64,000 nt of DNA from Octopus sinensis (lineage: Eukaryota), in NCBI RefSeq assembly GCF_006345805.1, contig NC_043003.1:62992001-63056000 (forward strand). The letters are read 5' to 3'. The translations under genes were made by a program, and so were the position numbers. This document shows, one piece after another, positions 63,913 to 64,000 of the stretch. The notes under the pieces were generated by a model. It did no database searches, had not been told where the DNA came from, and saw only the letters and a program-made list of their open reading frames with translations. Position 1 is the first letter of the stretch. Each line of letters starts with the position of its first letter.

Positions 63913-64000
63913 TATACACACACACACACACACATATATATACACATATACATGTGTGTGTGTGTGTGTGTAACTTAGGTTTCAGCCAGTATAGGCCTAG

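Overview
Repeat-saturated, AT-rich eukaryotic window. The SINE/LINE families and (TA)n/(CAT)n/(TAA)n load look like an octopus (coleoid cephalopod) genome; this is recognition from memory, not a database result. No host protein-coding gene can be supported; nearly all listed ORFs are microsatellite translations or TE remnants. Content: RTE, CR1 and R4/Dong LINE remnants, three tRNA-headed SINE families, Tc1/mariner remnants, piggyBac/Kolobok/Tigger-type MITEs and two Helitron-type elements. Most interesting: (1) about six unrelated short repeat families that each carry a minimal type-I hammerhead-ribozyme-like motif, several sitting at the apex of fold-back palindromes. These include a G3:C8 compensatory core variant, a U4C variant, a head-to-head pair and a tRNA-headed SINE version. 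(2) An ORF1-only (gag-like, single CCHC) retroelement that shares its 3' tail with a SINE and lies between Helitron termini.
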